A stretch of 41,351 nt of DNA from a virus (Duplodnaviria > Heunggongvirae > Uroviricota > Caudoviricetes), in IMG/VR virus record IMGVR_UViG_3300031555_005503, positions 1-41,351 of that record, one strand, 5' to 3'. The translations under genes were made by a program, and so were the position numbers. The notes under the pieces were generated by a model, which saw nothing but the letters and a program-made list of their open reading frames with translations, was not told the DNA's origin and searched no databases. Below are positions 18,501 through 26,934 of this stretch, piece after piece. Within the stretch, counting starts at the first letter, position 1. Each line of letters starts with the position of its first letter.

Positions 18501-21500
18501 TAATTTTATCGCTGATGCAAGAAATGCAACTGAAATGATTGCAAGATATAATAGAAACCAAATTTATAATGATAATAATGCATTGGTATCTACTTCTAAC
18601 AATGGCGATTTTTCTGTGGATGCTTTAATGAAAGCTGCGCCTGATTTAAGGTATATCTTCCTTGAAGTACCACAGTTCACAAACGATAAAGATAATAAAA
18701 TTGATGGTTGCACTGTTTATTTTAGATATCCTAATGGTACTAGACCTCATGATAATTGGAATTGTACTGGTGTAAGACATAGAGGACAAGGTACTTCAAG
18801 TAATTTATATGGTTATGCTGGAAGAAATATTGACCTTTGTATGGATAGAGATGAATCATTATTTACATATACAGATGAAGAAGGGAATATTATAGAATCT
18901 TCTACTATTACTTTAACAGATACATCTGTCCCTACTGATTATTTGAATATCAAGGTAAATATTGCATCATCTGAAAATGCAAACAATGCACAATTAGCTC
19001 GCAGATTTAATGAGTATCAACCTTTCTTACGTTATGCAAGAAAGAAAAATAGTAAAGTTAAAGATACTATGGAGTTTTACAATTGCGTTGTATTTATTAG
19101 AGAAACTAGTACTGACCCTTCTGTTCCTCATAGAGAATTTAACGATACTAATTGGCATTTTTACGCAATCGGTAATGTGGGCGATTCTAAGAAGACAGAC
19201 GATACTCGTGTTAACAATAAGAAAGACCCAAAAGAACATGTAATTGAAATTACGGATGCTGATAAGCCATTATCTGCTTTTCCAACAGGCAAAGATGGAC
19301 ATGCAATATGTCCAGTTGCAGAATGGAAGGCCGGCAATACTGCATATGATATTCTCTATTCTAATGAATATATTTACGATGAAGAAGGAGCTTTTGAATC
19401 CTTTGGCGGGAAAACATATGAATTTAGATATGAAATGAAAGATATTACTGACGAACAACGTCAAGCTAATATTGACACATGGAGAGATTTATATACATTT
19501 ATCGTGACTTCTACTGACGAAGAGTTTTATGCAAACTTAAAGAATTATTTTGTTGTGGATTCTGCATTGTATTATTACCTGTTTACAGAAAGATATACAA
19601 TGGTCGATAACAGAGCAAAAAATAGTTTTTGGCATTACGGCAAAGTATATATTTCAAATGAAGAAGCTGCGACACTTGGAGAGACTGAAGCAAGTTATTA
19701 TATTATTGACGATGATGCTGCGGCAATTAATAACGGATATCGTTATGATCTTACATTTGGATATGATATGGATACTGCTTTAGGTATCGATAATACTGGT
19801 GATTATGTATTTTCTTATGGTAAAGAAGATACAGATTATTATGTAGATGGAGATCCATCTTCTGATTATGTATTCAGGGTTGCAGACAGTGTATTTTTCT
19901 GTAGGCTTCGTAATTTATTCCCATCGGAATTACAAGCTATGTTTAAAAATAGAGAAGAAAAGAATGCTTGGAATTCTAATTCTCTTATTAGTCAATGGGA
20001 TAATTCTCAAGCTCAATTTCCAGAGGAACTTTGGAGATTGGATTATGAAAGAAAGTATTATAGACCTTACCTTGCTTTATCTATTGATAATAGTATTGTC
20101 CCAGTTGATGATAAAGGAGAATATAAAAAAGATGAAACATTCTTAATTGGTAAATTCTTTGGTCGTAAAAAATATGCTAGAAGAGCATTTGAAATTAATC
20201 AAGAAGTTTATTATGCTACAAAATATTTTGGGAATAAAGCTCTTTCAGATGTATTTTGGATAAGAGGTAATGTACCAATTGGAAGTAGTATAAAACCAAA
20301 TTATTCCCTTACTTTAGTTCCTTATTCTGATATGTATGTTTGTGTTCAGTACACTAGTACAGGTACGCCAATTCACCAAAAAGTGAAAGCTGGAGAAACT
20401 GTTGTATTTGAGAATGATGCAGAAAGAATGGACTTTATTTATGTCTATGCTGCAAGTTTCATTCAAGAAGTTGGCGATTTATCAAGATGTTTTGTTGGTG
20501 ATAACAATTTCACTAGTGCAACTCGTTTACAAAGAATTACAATTGGTAGTGATGATGAAGGATATGAAAATACCTTCATGAAAGAAGTACTGGTTGGAAA
20601 TAATCCTCTCTTAGAGTATCTAGATCTTAGAAATATTTCGGGTATCAATACCGTAATTGATTTAAGCGGATGCGGTAATTTAAAAGAATTATATGCGGAA
20701 GGTACAAATGCATCAGGCGTAATTTTTGCAAATGGTGGATTATTAGAAATAGCTCATTTACCAAAAATTACATCTTTATCAATGAAGAATTTAAATTACA
20801 TAACAGATTTTTTAGTTGATGGATATGATAATTTACAGACATTAATTGTAGAAAATACACCAACTATTAATACTTATAATATTGTTAATAACTCCCCTAT
20901 TCTTAAATTGCTTAGATTAATTAATTTAGATTGGACATCTGAAAATACAGATGTTTTAAATAGACTATTAAATATAGGCGGCATTGATTCATCTGGATAT
21001 GAAATTGATCAATCAGTTTTAACTGGTACAGTTTATGTTCCTGTTATTAGACAATATGAGTTTTATAAGTATCAAGAAGTATGGCCTGAGTTAGCAATTT
21101 CATCTAGTACTATAATTGAACAATATCCGGTTACATTTGTTAATTATGATGGAACGATATTAGATATTCAATATGTTGATAAAGGATCTTATGCAGTAGA
21201 TCCTATTGAATCGGGTAGAATTTCTACTCCTACAAAAGAAAGTACTATAAGTACAGAATATACTTTTAAAACATGGGATACTAATATAGCATCATTACAA
21301 ATTTTTGCCGATAGAACAATTACAGCTACATATTCCGAATCTTTAAGAAAATATGGTATTAGATATATTTCAAAAGGAACTCCTATGCCAGGTTATGAAG
21401 AGCCGGTAATGGGTTATTATGGAGAAAATCTGCCTTATGTTGGTGATATTCCAACATATACTCTTGAAGAAAGTGGATATAAATATTACTTATTTGATAG

Positions 21501-22878
21501 ATGGGATAAAAGTGGTTTCTTAGACGGAGATTTTAATAAGGATGGTATAAAAGAGATTCATGCTGTATTTAGTGAATTTGAATATACAGCTGATTATTTT
21601 ACTACTAAAGAATTAGAAGATCTCTCTCCTGTTCAATTATATGCATTAACTAAATTAGGTATAGATAATGTAGCAAATAATATTGAAATTGCAGATAAGT
21701 ATTCATTTACTATGGGATATGATGTTGACTATGAAGATGTTGCATCTGAAATAATTGTTTCTGAGCAGATGTCTTTTGATGGAACAAATTATTATGATAC
21801 CGGCATTAAATTATTTGATGAGGATAGAGATTTCGTTCTTGCTTTAGATTATAAGATATCTTCTAGTAATACAACTATGGGTACACTTATGCAATGTTAT
21901 CAGGATTCAGGTTCTAATGGTTTTAAATTAAATTATGATATAAATACAAGTAATTCTTATAGCCCATATTTTACTTGGGGTAGTTCATCAATTATACCAT
22001 CTTCAGTTGATAATCGAGAAATGTTAGTTATTAGACATAAAAAGGGTGATAATAATTTATACATTTATATATCTAATTTAGGTTCTCCTGAATTTTCATT
22101 ACATACAATGACCAAAGAATCTATCACTAAGTCTGATACTGCAACACTTATTTTAGGTGCTGCTAAAATGGCTGGTAATAGAATTGCAAATTACTGTATT
22201 GGTGATGTTTATTGGTGTAAAGTTTGGTATAAAGACTTAGGTGAAAAGACTTGTGAAGAACTTGTAGGTTGGACGCACGAACAGATTACTTTAGGAGTTA
22301 GTGGTTTTTATCGTTATTTATTGCATGATGATCAGGATAAAGAAACAATGTTAAGCCTTGTGTCATCACATGTATTAGAAAGAAAGATGCAATATAATAC
22401 TGAAAATACTAATGCTGGTGGTTGGGCAAAGTCTAATTTAAATAAAGTATTAAATACAAGATTTTATAATGCTGTACCTGTTCAAATAAGATCATTGTTA
22501 AAGAAAATGAATGTATTATCTACTACCGGACAAGGTTCTTCTACTGTTTCTGAGTCAGGATGTTATATAAATATACCTTCTTTATATGATGTTGATACTG
22601 AGCAGATAAGTTATAGAAATGAATTGTATGGTGGCGCTACAACAATTCAGAGTATGGCAACTCCAGAACAAAGAAGACGAGAATATTATTACGGTATTGA
22701 TAATGATAGTATTGATGCATACGAAACTTATTGGTTACGTTCTCCTAATACTAGCTATTCAACAAGTTATTATATATGGAGTGTTAGCGAAGGTAGTGGC
22801 GTAAGCATAAAAGGAAGTACTTATGGATTTAATACTCCAAGAACAAATTATGGAGTTGTTATAGAAATTTCATTTTAA
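15517..22878 (+). CDS. Giant (2453 aa) multidomain baseplate/fibre protein: BppU-like, repeats, Ig-like, LamG-like, CotH-like kinase, LRR, InlB B-repeat-like, LamG-like, DUF6273-like C-terminus
   Basis: IRFGWLVDA.AT..GNLKFEI (BppU); RGQGTSS, VDNRAKN, YDMDT (CotH-like); LEYLDLRN/LSGCGNLKELY (LRR); VTFVNYDGT..YTFKTWD; FDGTNYYDTG; NAGGWAKSNL...YWLRSP. Confidence 0.75.
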   Translation: MSVSFKDSMKKNLENANNVVIVSASSEFDEPLVNETISTINIDYETESDYIMTLDANDEVPEIAAYSGDDGNWNEDNNYRRYNKFEDNKISHITSDKDILLDGSQFNITQEINSQYIPFEMPRYYDGFDLHGTALSIHYETSDGLHGATEPINVNYNDEKIRFGWLVDAGATQTPGNLKFEIHAIGSFRDSKGNDCSYVWKSKYNDTLNVLQSLCDKDCHGAINIDDSWVQELVTAVAKSVSEEIKNVVVGEYIQAAEDAANRAEDAADRAEQVVTEELSKYATTDYVDNAIAEADISDKLNDYALKTYVDGAVAGVTENLTNNYYNKTDADTKVAATLEDYATKQNVSDAIAAADISGKLADYYKKEETYSRTEVDTALGNVKVDLSGYATESFVTGKTDPLSSSISTNARNIATLSGTVKDLQGIVGSIDTSPRLTYDVVYNDIEDPDVGENVFVFYEIENEGEEDEKKSPKQKFTIAGGSGSATGSALKIGYVTTSPLVVTANDRALITYTFSGVDSSGDAITEGNAVWKVNGKIVDTNTASGVTKDEGGNVIAQQGENTFDITDYISIGTQKVNLTITDDAGSLASKNWTVQVVDVRLESDFNDKFFYETGKITFNYTPYGAISKDIHFILYDDTGKGTEVKTITTSASGVPNGYELNIEEHGSHLLEVYMTSKINGSTIESNHIFKDIIVYESGNTIPIIGCVQQDFIMQQYDTTNIKYTVYDPSTETPDVEIAVDGTVVSILTLTENTAIYPFKTDIVGEHIITITCGEAIKTLTANVTKLDINVSPVTTGLAFDFNPVGYSNNSVDRLWSYNDVTMTVSDNFDWINGGYQIDENGDQYFCVKAGTNAIINYNLFADDPKKTGKEFKVIFRTKNIRRRDTSFLTCIDENIGLDMKVENATIYDSGGLLKSNYCENEIIEYEFNINKDINMMIVMSYEDGTPSKPYEYTATSSFKQSSPQPITIGSPDCDIYIYRMKAYSISLTDIDIKNNFIADARNATEMIARYNRNQIYNDNNALVSTSNNGDFSVDALMKAAPDLRYIFLEVPQFTNDKDNKIDGCTVYFRYPNGTRPHDNWNCTGVRHRGQGTSSNLYGYAGRNIDLCMDRDESLFTYTDEEGNIIESSTITLTDTSVPTDYLNIKVNIASSENANNAQLARRFNEYQPFLRYARKKNSKVKDTMEFYNCVVFIRETSTDPSVPHREFNDTNWHFYAIGNVGDSKKTDDTRVNNKKDPKEHVIEITDADKPLSAFPTGKDGHAICPVAEWKAGNTAYDILYSNEYIYDEEGAFESFGGKTYEFRYEMKDITDEQRQANIDTWRDLYTFIVTSTDEEFYANLKNYFVVDSALYYYLFTERYTMVDNRAKNSFWHYGKVYISNEEAATLGETEASYYIIDDDAAAINNGYRYDLTFGYDMDTALGIDNTGDYVFSYGKEDTDYYVDGDPSSDYVFRVADSVFFCRLRNLFPSELQAMFKNREEKNAWNSNSLISQWDNSQAQFPEELWRLDYERKYYRPYLALSIDNSIVPVDDKGEYKKDETFLIGKFFGRKKYARRAFEINQEVYYATKYFGNKALSDVFWIRGNVPIGSSIKPNYSLTLVPYSDMYVCVQYTSTGTPIHQKVKAGETVVFENDAERMDFIYVYAASFIQEVGDLSRCFVGDNNFTSATRLQRITIGSDDEGYENTFMKEVLVGNNPLLEYLDLRNISGINTVIDLSGCGNLKELYAEGTNASGVIFANGGLLEIAHLPKITSLSMKNLNYITDFLVDGYDNLQTLIVENTPTINTYNIVNNSPILKLLRLINLDWTSENTDVLNRLLNIGGIDSSGYEIDQSVLTGTVYVPVIRQYEFYKYQEVWPELAISSSTIIEQYPVTFVNYDGTILDIQYVDKGSYAVDPIESGRISTPTKESTISTEYTFKTWDTNIASLQIFADRTITATYSESLRKYGIRYISKGTPMPGYEEPVMGYYGENLPYVGDIPTYTLEESGYKYYLFDRWDKSGFLDGDFNKDGIKEIHAVFSEFEYTADYFTTKELEDLSPVQLYALTKLGIDNVANNIEIADKYSFTMGYDVDYEDVASEIIVSEQMSFDGTNYYDTGIKLFDEDRDFVLALDYKISSSNTTMGTLMQCYQDSGSNGFKLNYDINTSNSYSPYFTWGSSSIIPSSVDNREMLVIRHKKGDNNLYIYISNLGSPEFSLHTMTKESITKSDTATLILGAAKMAGNRIANYCIGDVYWCKVWYKDLGEKTCEELVGWTHEQITLGVSGFYRYLLHDDQDKETMLSLVSSHVLERKMQYNTENTNAGGWAKSNLNKVLNTRFYNAVPVQIRSLLKKMNVLSTTGQGSSTVSESGCYINIPSLYDVDTEQISYRNELYGGATTIQSMATPEQRRREYYYGIDNDSIDAYETYWLRSPNTSYSTSYYIWSVSEGSGVSIKGSTYGFNTPRTNYGVVIEISF
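16285..16332 (+). repeat. 21-bp tandem duplication (AEDAANR/AEDAADR heptads)
   Basis: gctgaagatgcagctaataga then gctgaagatgcagctgataga, one mismatch, plus partial third unit. Confidence 0.85.
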
Positions 22879-22887
22879 ATATTATAT

Positions 22888-22923
22888 GAGGGCCCGGGTA
22901 TTCTCCCCTGCCCTCTTTTTTTT
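22888..22923 (+). terminator. Intrinsic terminator
   Basis: GAGGGC/GCCCTC stem followed by T8. Confidence 0.75.
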
Positions 22924-22938
22924 GTGAGGTAAAAGTTT

Positions 22939-23253
22939 ATGTATTATAAAGTAATAAAAAATAATACGGTAATTGATGTGCTTGATCATCTCACTTATTT
23001 AAAATGGCAAGAAAAAAATAAAGTTATGCTTTTAAGTGATTTGAATGAAGCTCAGGCAATTTTATCTTCTGATGGAACTACTATTTGGCATGTAGAAGGT
23101 TTATATGATCTACCGGTAAAAGACTATGATACTGTGAAGCTTATTAAGATTGATAAATATGAATATAGTCAACTTAAAATATTAAATCTTAAAACACCTA
23201 CTGAAATCATTGATGCTTTTGTATTAGATTTACTTAATAGAGAGGTGATTTAA
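22939..23253 (+). CDS. Small fibre-associated protein (XkdW-like position)
   Basis: GAGGT SD; follows giant fibre gene and precedes XkdX-like gene. Confidence 0.55.
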   Translation: MYYKVIKNNTVIDVLDHLTYLKWQEKNKVMLLSDLNEAQAILSSDGTTIWHVEGLYDLPVKDYDTVKLIKIDKYEYSQLKILNLKTPTEIIDAFVLDLLNREVI

Positions 23254-23254
23254 T

Positions 23255-23386
23255 ATGAATCAGTTTGTTGAGTCATTAAAACGTTTATATATGAACCAAA
23301 AAGTGACAAAAGATAAAATTATAAATCTTTGTAAAAACAAAAAAATTACTGAAGATGAAAAGATATATATTTTAGATATCTGTTAA
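23255..23386 (+). CDS. XkdX-like small protein (43 aa), below ORF-track cutoff
   Basis: MNQFVESLKRLY...KKITEDEKIYILDIC; GAGGTG SD. Confidence 0.65.
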   Translation: MNQFVESLKRLYMNQKVTKDKIINLCKNKKITEDEKIYILDIC

Positions 23387-23418
23387 ATGTTCTGATAAAA
23401 TTTATCAGAACATTTTTT
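23386..23418 (+). terminator. Intrinsic terminator-like hairpin
   Basis: 13-bp perfect inverted repeat AATGTTCTGATAA/TTATCAGAACATT with T-run. Confidence 0.7.
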
Positions 23419-23445
23419 ATATAAAAAACATAAAGGAGGAATAAA

Positions 23446-24312
23446 ATGGCGGATAAGGCTAAACATGCTTTTGGTGCATTAGAGAATGTTGATGCTGCAT
23501 TAGCTAGTGGAAAAATTGACGCTTTTGATATTATCTTTGCAAAAGATGTTAATGGTAAACCATATGTTGGTTGGATTGACAGAGATGGTAACAAAGTTAT
23601 TTGTGATGATTCTGCAGAATTAGCAAAATTAGAAGCACAATTAGAAGCTGAAATTGCAACAAAGGCCAATGCTGAAGAAGTTGATGAAAAAATTGAAACC
23701 ATTAAAACTTATACTGATGGTAAGGTCGAATCAGCAGTTGAAGCAGCAATGAGCGAACATTTAATTAAAAGATATGTAATTGAGGATGTTCCTGTTGGTA
23801 CTCTCATAGATTATTTTGATAAAGAAATTAGAATTATGTGCCCTGCTGATGCAGAATTTACTAAACAGGCTGTTGGCGTTGGTGGAGATGCTAATACTTA
23901 CTACATAACTTTTAAAACTTATGTACCTAGTGATGATGTAGTTGGTTATATTGAGCATTTAGGAGATAAGTCTGATATTGAAGTTTTAACTGACTTAAAA
24001 ACAGATGAATATGGCAGAAAATATCAGCCAACATGGTTAGGAGTTGCTAAGTATGATGATGCAACTGGTTGGATTTATTATGGAGCTAACTCATCTGTTG
24101 ACAAATATATTGGCTGGAATTATCAAATTGATTGGTATAATGCTGATGGAATGATGGTTAAATCTGATGCGGTAAGAATTAACTTATCTAACGAAGATTG
24201 TCATAATGTTATTGAACCATATTATATGGGAAGCATGAGAAAAGAAATTGATACAAAAATTGAAGAAAAAATTGCAGAAATTGAAGGCGCAATTGAAGTT
24301 ATAGAATTTTAA
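23446..24312 (+). CDS. Hypothetical fibre-region adaptor protein
   Basis: AAGGAGG SD; coiled-coil segments flanking a beta domain; ends IEVIEF. Confidence 0.6.
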   Translation: MADKAKHAFGALENVDAALASGKIDAFDIIFAKDVNGKPYVGWIDRDGNKVICDDSAELAKLEAQLEAEIATKANAEEVDEKIETIKTYTDGKVESAVEAAMSEHLIKRYVIEDVPVGTLIDYFDKEIRIMCPADAEFTKQAVGVGGDANTYYITFKTYVPSDDVVGYIEHLGDKSDIEVLTDLKTDEYGRKYQPTWLGVAKYDDATGWIYYGANSSVDKYIGWNYQIDWYNADGMMVKSDAVRINLSNEDCHNVIEPYYMGSMRKEIDTKIEEKIAEIEGAIEVIEF

Positions 24313-24339
24313 ATTGTTCTAGTATGATGGAGGTATAAT

Positions 24340-24795
24340 ATGGCAAATGCAGTAATGCAACTAGTTGCCACAAACTCCTCTAGAATAAGAGAGTTACCTA
24401 TTAAAAATGGGCAGCTTATTTTTGTACAAGATTCAGGTCGTATTGTTTTTGACTATAAAGATAAAAGAGTTTTTTATAATCAAATTGTAGAACTTGAAAC
24501 AGAAGTTGAAAGACAATTATTAGAAGACCCTTTGAGTGGCTATTATTTTGTTATTGGAAGTGGTTGTCTTTGGTTTTATAAAGATGGTTGGAGTCAGATT
24601 ACAGAAAAGCCTGAAGAAGTCGTACATATCGATGTGGAGCTTCCGCAACTAGGACAAGCTAAAGAAGGAACTCTTTATGTTAATAAAACAGAAAGAGAAA
24701 TAGCGGTTTTTGACAGTGCTTCAAATAATTATATTGTAGTTTCTGATTATACAAATGAAGTGACTGACGAAGATATTGAAAATTTATTTATGTAA
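24340..24795 (+). CDS. Hypothetical fibre-region adaptor protein
   Basis: GGAGG SD; LPIKNGQLIFVQD N-terminal motif; ends EVTDEDIENLFM. Confidence 0.6.
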   Translation: MANAVMQLVATNSSRIRELPIKNGQLIFVQDSGRIVFDYKDKRVFYNQIVELETEVERQLLEDPLSGYYFVIGSGCLWFYKDGWSQITEKPEEVVHIDVELPQLGQAKEGTLYVNKTEREIAVFDSASNNYIVVSDYTNEVTDEDIENLFM

Positions 24796-24800
24796 ATCGT

Positions 24801-24830
24801 ATACACCTCAAAGGGTGTATTTTTTTATTT
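24801..24830 (+). terminator. Terminator-like hairpin
   Basis: ATACACCT/GGGTGTAT stem plus T-run. Confidence 0.65.
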
Positions 24831-24851
24831 AATTAAAAGGAGTTTAAAATT

Positions 24852-26198
24852 ATGGCTGAAATTAAAAAGTATGTATCTTATGACAAATTAGGAAAATATG
24901 ATGCGAAAATTAAGGGCGTTATTACAGCAGGCGATGAAGCTACATTAGCTGCTGCACAGTTATATGCTGAAGGATTAGCATCAAATTATGATGCAGCTGG
25001 ATCTGCAGCGACAGTACAGGGTAAGTTAGATGACGAAGTAGCTAGAGCACAGGCTGCTGAAGCTGCTGCTCTGAAAGCTGGTCAGGATGCTCAGGCAGAT
25101 GTAGATGCTCTGGAAACTTATGTTGGTACTATTCCTGAAACAGCTACTGCTACAGATGTAGTTGGTTATATTGAAGAAAAGACAGCTGGTATTGCTACAG
25201 ATGCGGCTCTGGAAGGATTAACAAATAGAGTAATTCAGGCCGAAAAAGATATTGATGCCATTGAAGCTGACTATCTGAAGGCTGCTGACAAAACTGAGCT
25301 GTCTGATCTTATTACTGCTGAAGCTGATAGAGCTAAGGGTATCGAAGGCGGACTGGAAACTAGACTGAAGGCTGTTGAAGATGACCATCTGGTAGCAGCT
25401 GATAAGACTGCGTTAGAAGGTTCAATTGCTGCTGCTCAGAAGGCTGCTGATGATGTTCAGGCTGAAATGGATGCTTTCAAGCTGGCTGCTGAAGTAGGCG
25501 ATGCTGCTGTTGATACTCTGAAGGAAATCCAGGATTACATTACAACTGACGGTGCTGCTGCTGACGAAATGACTAAGAATATCGGTGCTAATGCTGATGC
25601 TATCGATGCACTGGAAGGAAGAATGGATACAGCTGAAGGAGCTATCGATGCTGCAGAAGGCAGACTGGATGCAGCTGAAGCTGATATTGATGCATTACAG
25701 GCTCTGTTTGGCGAAGGCGATGGCTCTGTTGCTGATATGATCGCTGATGCTGTTGCTGGAGAAGCTGCATTAAGAGAAGCTGGCGATGCTGCCGCTGAAG
25801 CATCTGCTGCTGCTGCTTCACAGGCTGCTGCTACTGCTCAGGCTGCTGCTGAAGCTGCTGATGCTAAGGCTGTTGCTGCTCAGGGCGAAGTAGATGCTCT
25901 GGAAACAGTTGTAGCTGGTAAAGCTGCTCAGGCTGACCTGACTGCATTAACTGGAAGAGTAGAAACTGCTGAGGGCGAAATTGATACACTCCAGTCAGAA
26001 ATGGACGCTGTAGAAGCTGCTGCTGCTGCTAACGCTGAAGCTATTGCTGCTCTTCAGGCTGCTTCCGCAACTCACGCTACAAAGACTGAATTAGAAGCTG
26101 AAGTTACAAGAGCCAAGGCTGCTGAAGAAGCTAATGCTGCTGCTATTGCTGCTTTTGTAGAAGTTTCCGAAGAAGAAATTAACGCTCTTTTTCAGTAA
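24852..26198 (+). CDS. Ala-rich long coiled-coil fibre/shaft protein
   Basis: 448 aa Ala/Asp/Glu-rich heptads; DTLKEI motif; N-tag KKYVSYDKL, C-tag EVSEEEINALFQ. Confidence 0.65.
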   Translation: MAEIKKYVSYDKLGKYDAKIKGVITAGDEATLAAAQLYAEGLASNYDAAGSAATVQGKLDDEVARAQAAEAAALKAGQDAQADVDALETYVGTIPETATATDVVGYIEEKTAGIATDAALEGLTNRVIQAEKDIDAIEADYLKAADKTELSDLITAEADRAKGIEGGLETRLKAVEDDHLVAADKTALEGSIAAAQKAADDVQAEMDAFKLAAEVGDAAVDTLKEIQDYITTDGAAADEMTKNIGANADAIDALEGRMDTAEGAIDAAEGRLDAAEADIDALQALFGEGDGSVADMIADAVAGEAALREAGDAAAEASAAAASQAAATAQAAAEAADAKAVAAQGEVDALETVVAGKAAQADLTALTGRVETAEGEIDTLQSEMDAVEAAAAANAEAIAALQAASATHATKTELEAEVTRAKAAEEANAAAIAAFVEVSEEEINALFQ

Positions 26199-26268
26199 CC
26201 CATCTAATTCAAGATTAAACTTTGCATCACTTGATAATTTTATTTTAGAATAAATGAGGTGAGATTAG

Positions 26269-26934
26269 ATGGGATATATTAAACAAAATTTTGTAAGTGG
26301 TCAGACTTTAAGAGCTGACCACTTAAATCACATTGAAGATGGAATTGTTTCTATCTCTAAAGCTGGTTGCGACTGGAATTTAATGGATAATAAGCCGTTT
26401 TATGATAACACTACAGCTGATCTAATGTTTGAATTGGATGTGACGTTATCTCGTATCCAGCAAATTGAGGGGAGCTATTACAGCGGTTCTGCATCAACTA
26501 CGTTTTATTTAGAAGACTCACCATATTATTCTTATTTCAAAGCGAATACAACATATCGAGTAACAATAGGTGACAGAGTAGAACTATTAGTTAAGGGTGG
26601 TAATGCCCCAACTTTATATACTGATAAAAATAGTAGCGGTAATTTCGATTCTACTTGTGAAGGGTTTTACTTTATGAGAACTGGCGGTCAGATGCTTAAT
26701 ATTCATCTGGATAGTACCTACGGAAATGGTGAAAGTGAGATCACTAAACATATTATCGTCGAAAAAGTTGATATCGACCTTAAAACTCTTGACGAAATAT
26801 ACCTGCCTGACGACTATATCAACAGTCTTATCGATACTAAATTAGATGGACTGGATGAAAAATACCCAACAAAAGAATATACAAACGAACTCATAGATGC
26901 AAAGTTGGGGGTGATCGAGAATGGCACTTACTGA
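26269..26934 (+). CDS. Hypothetical fibre-region protein
   Basis: GAGGTG SD; FVSGQTLRADHLNHIEDGI and DW....KPFY motifs; ends VIENGTY. Confidence 0.6.
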   Translation: MGYIKQNFVSGQTLRADHLNHIEDGIVSISKAGCDWNLMDNKPFYDNTTADLMFELDVTLSRIQQIEGSYYSGSASTTFYLEDSPYYSYFKANTTYRVTIGDRVELLVKGGNAPTLYTDKNSSGNFDSTCEGFYFMRTGGQMLNIHLDSTYGNGESEITKHIIVEKVDIDLKTLDEIYLPDDYINSLIDTKLDGLDEKYPTKEYTNELIDAKLGVIENGTY

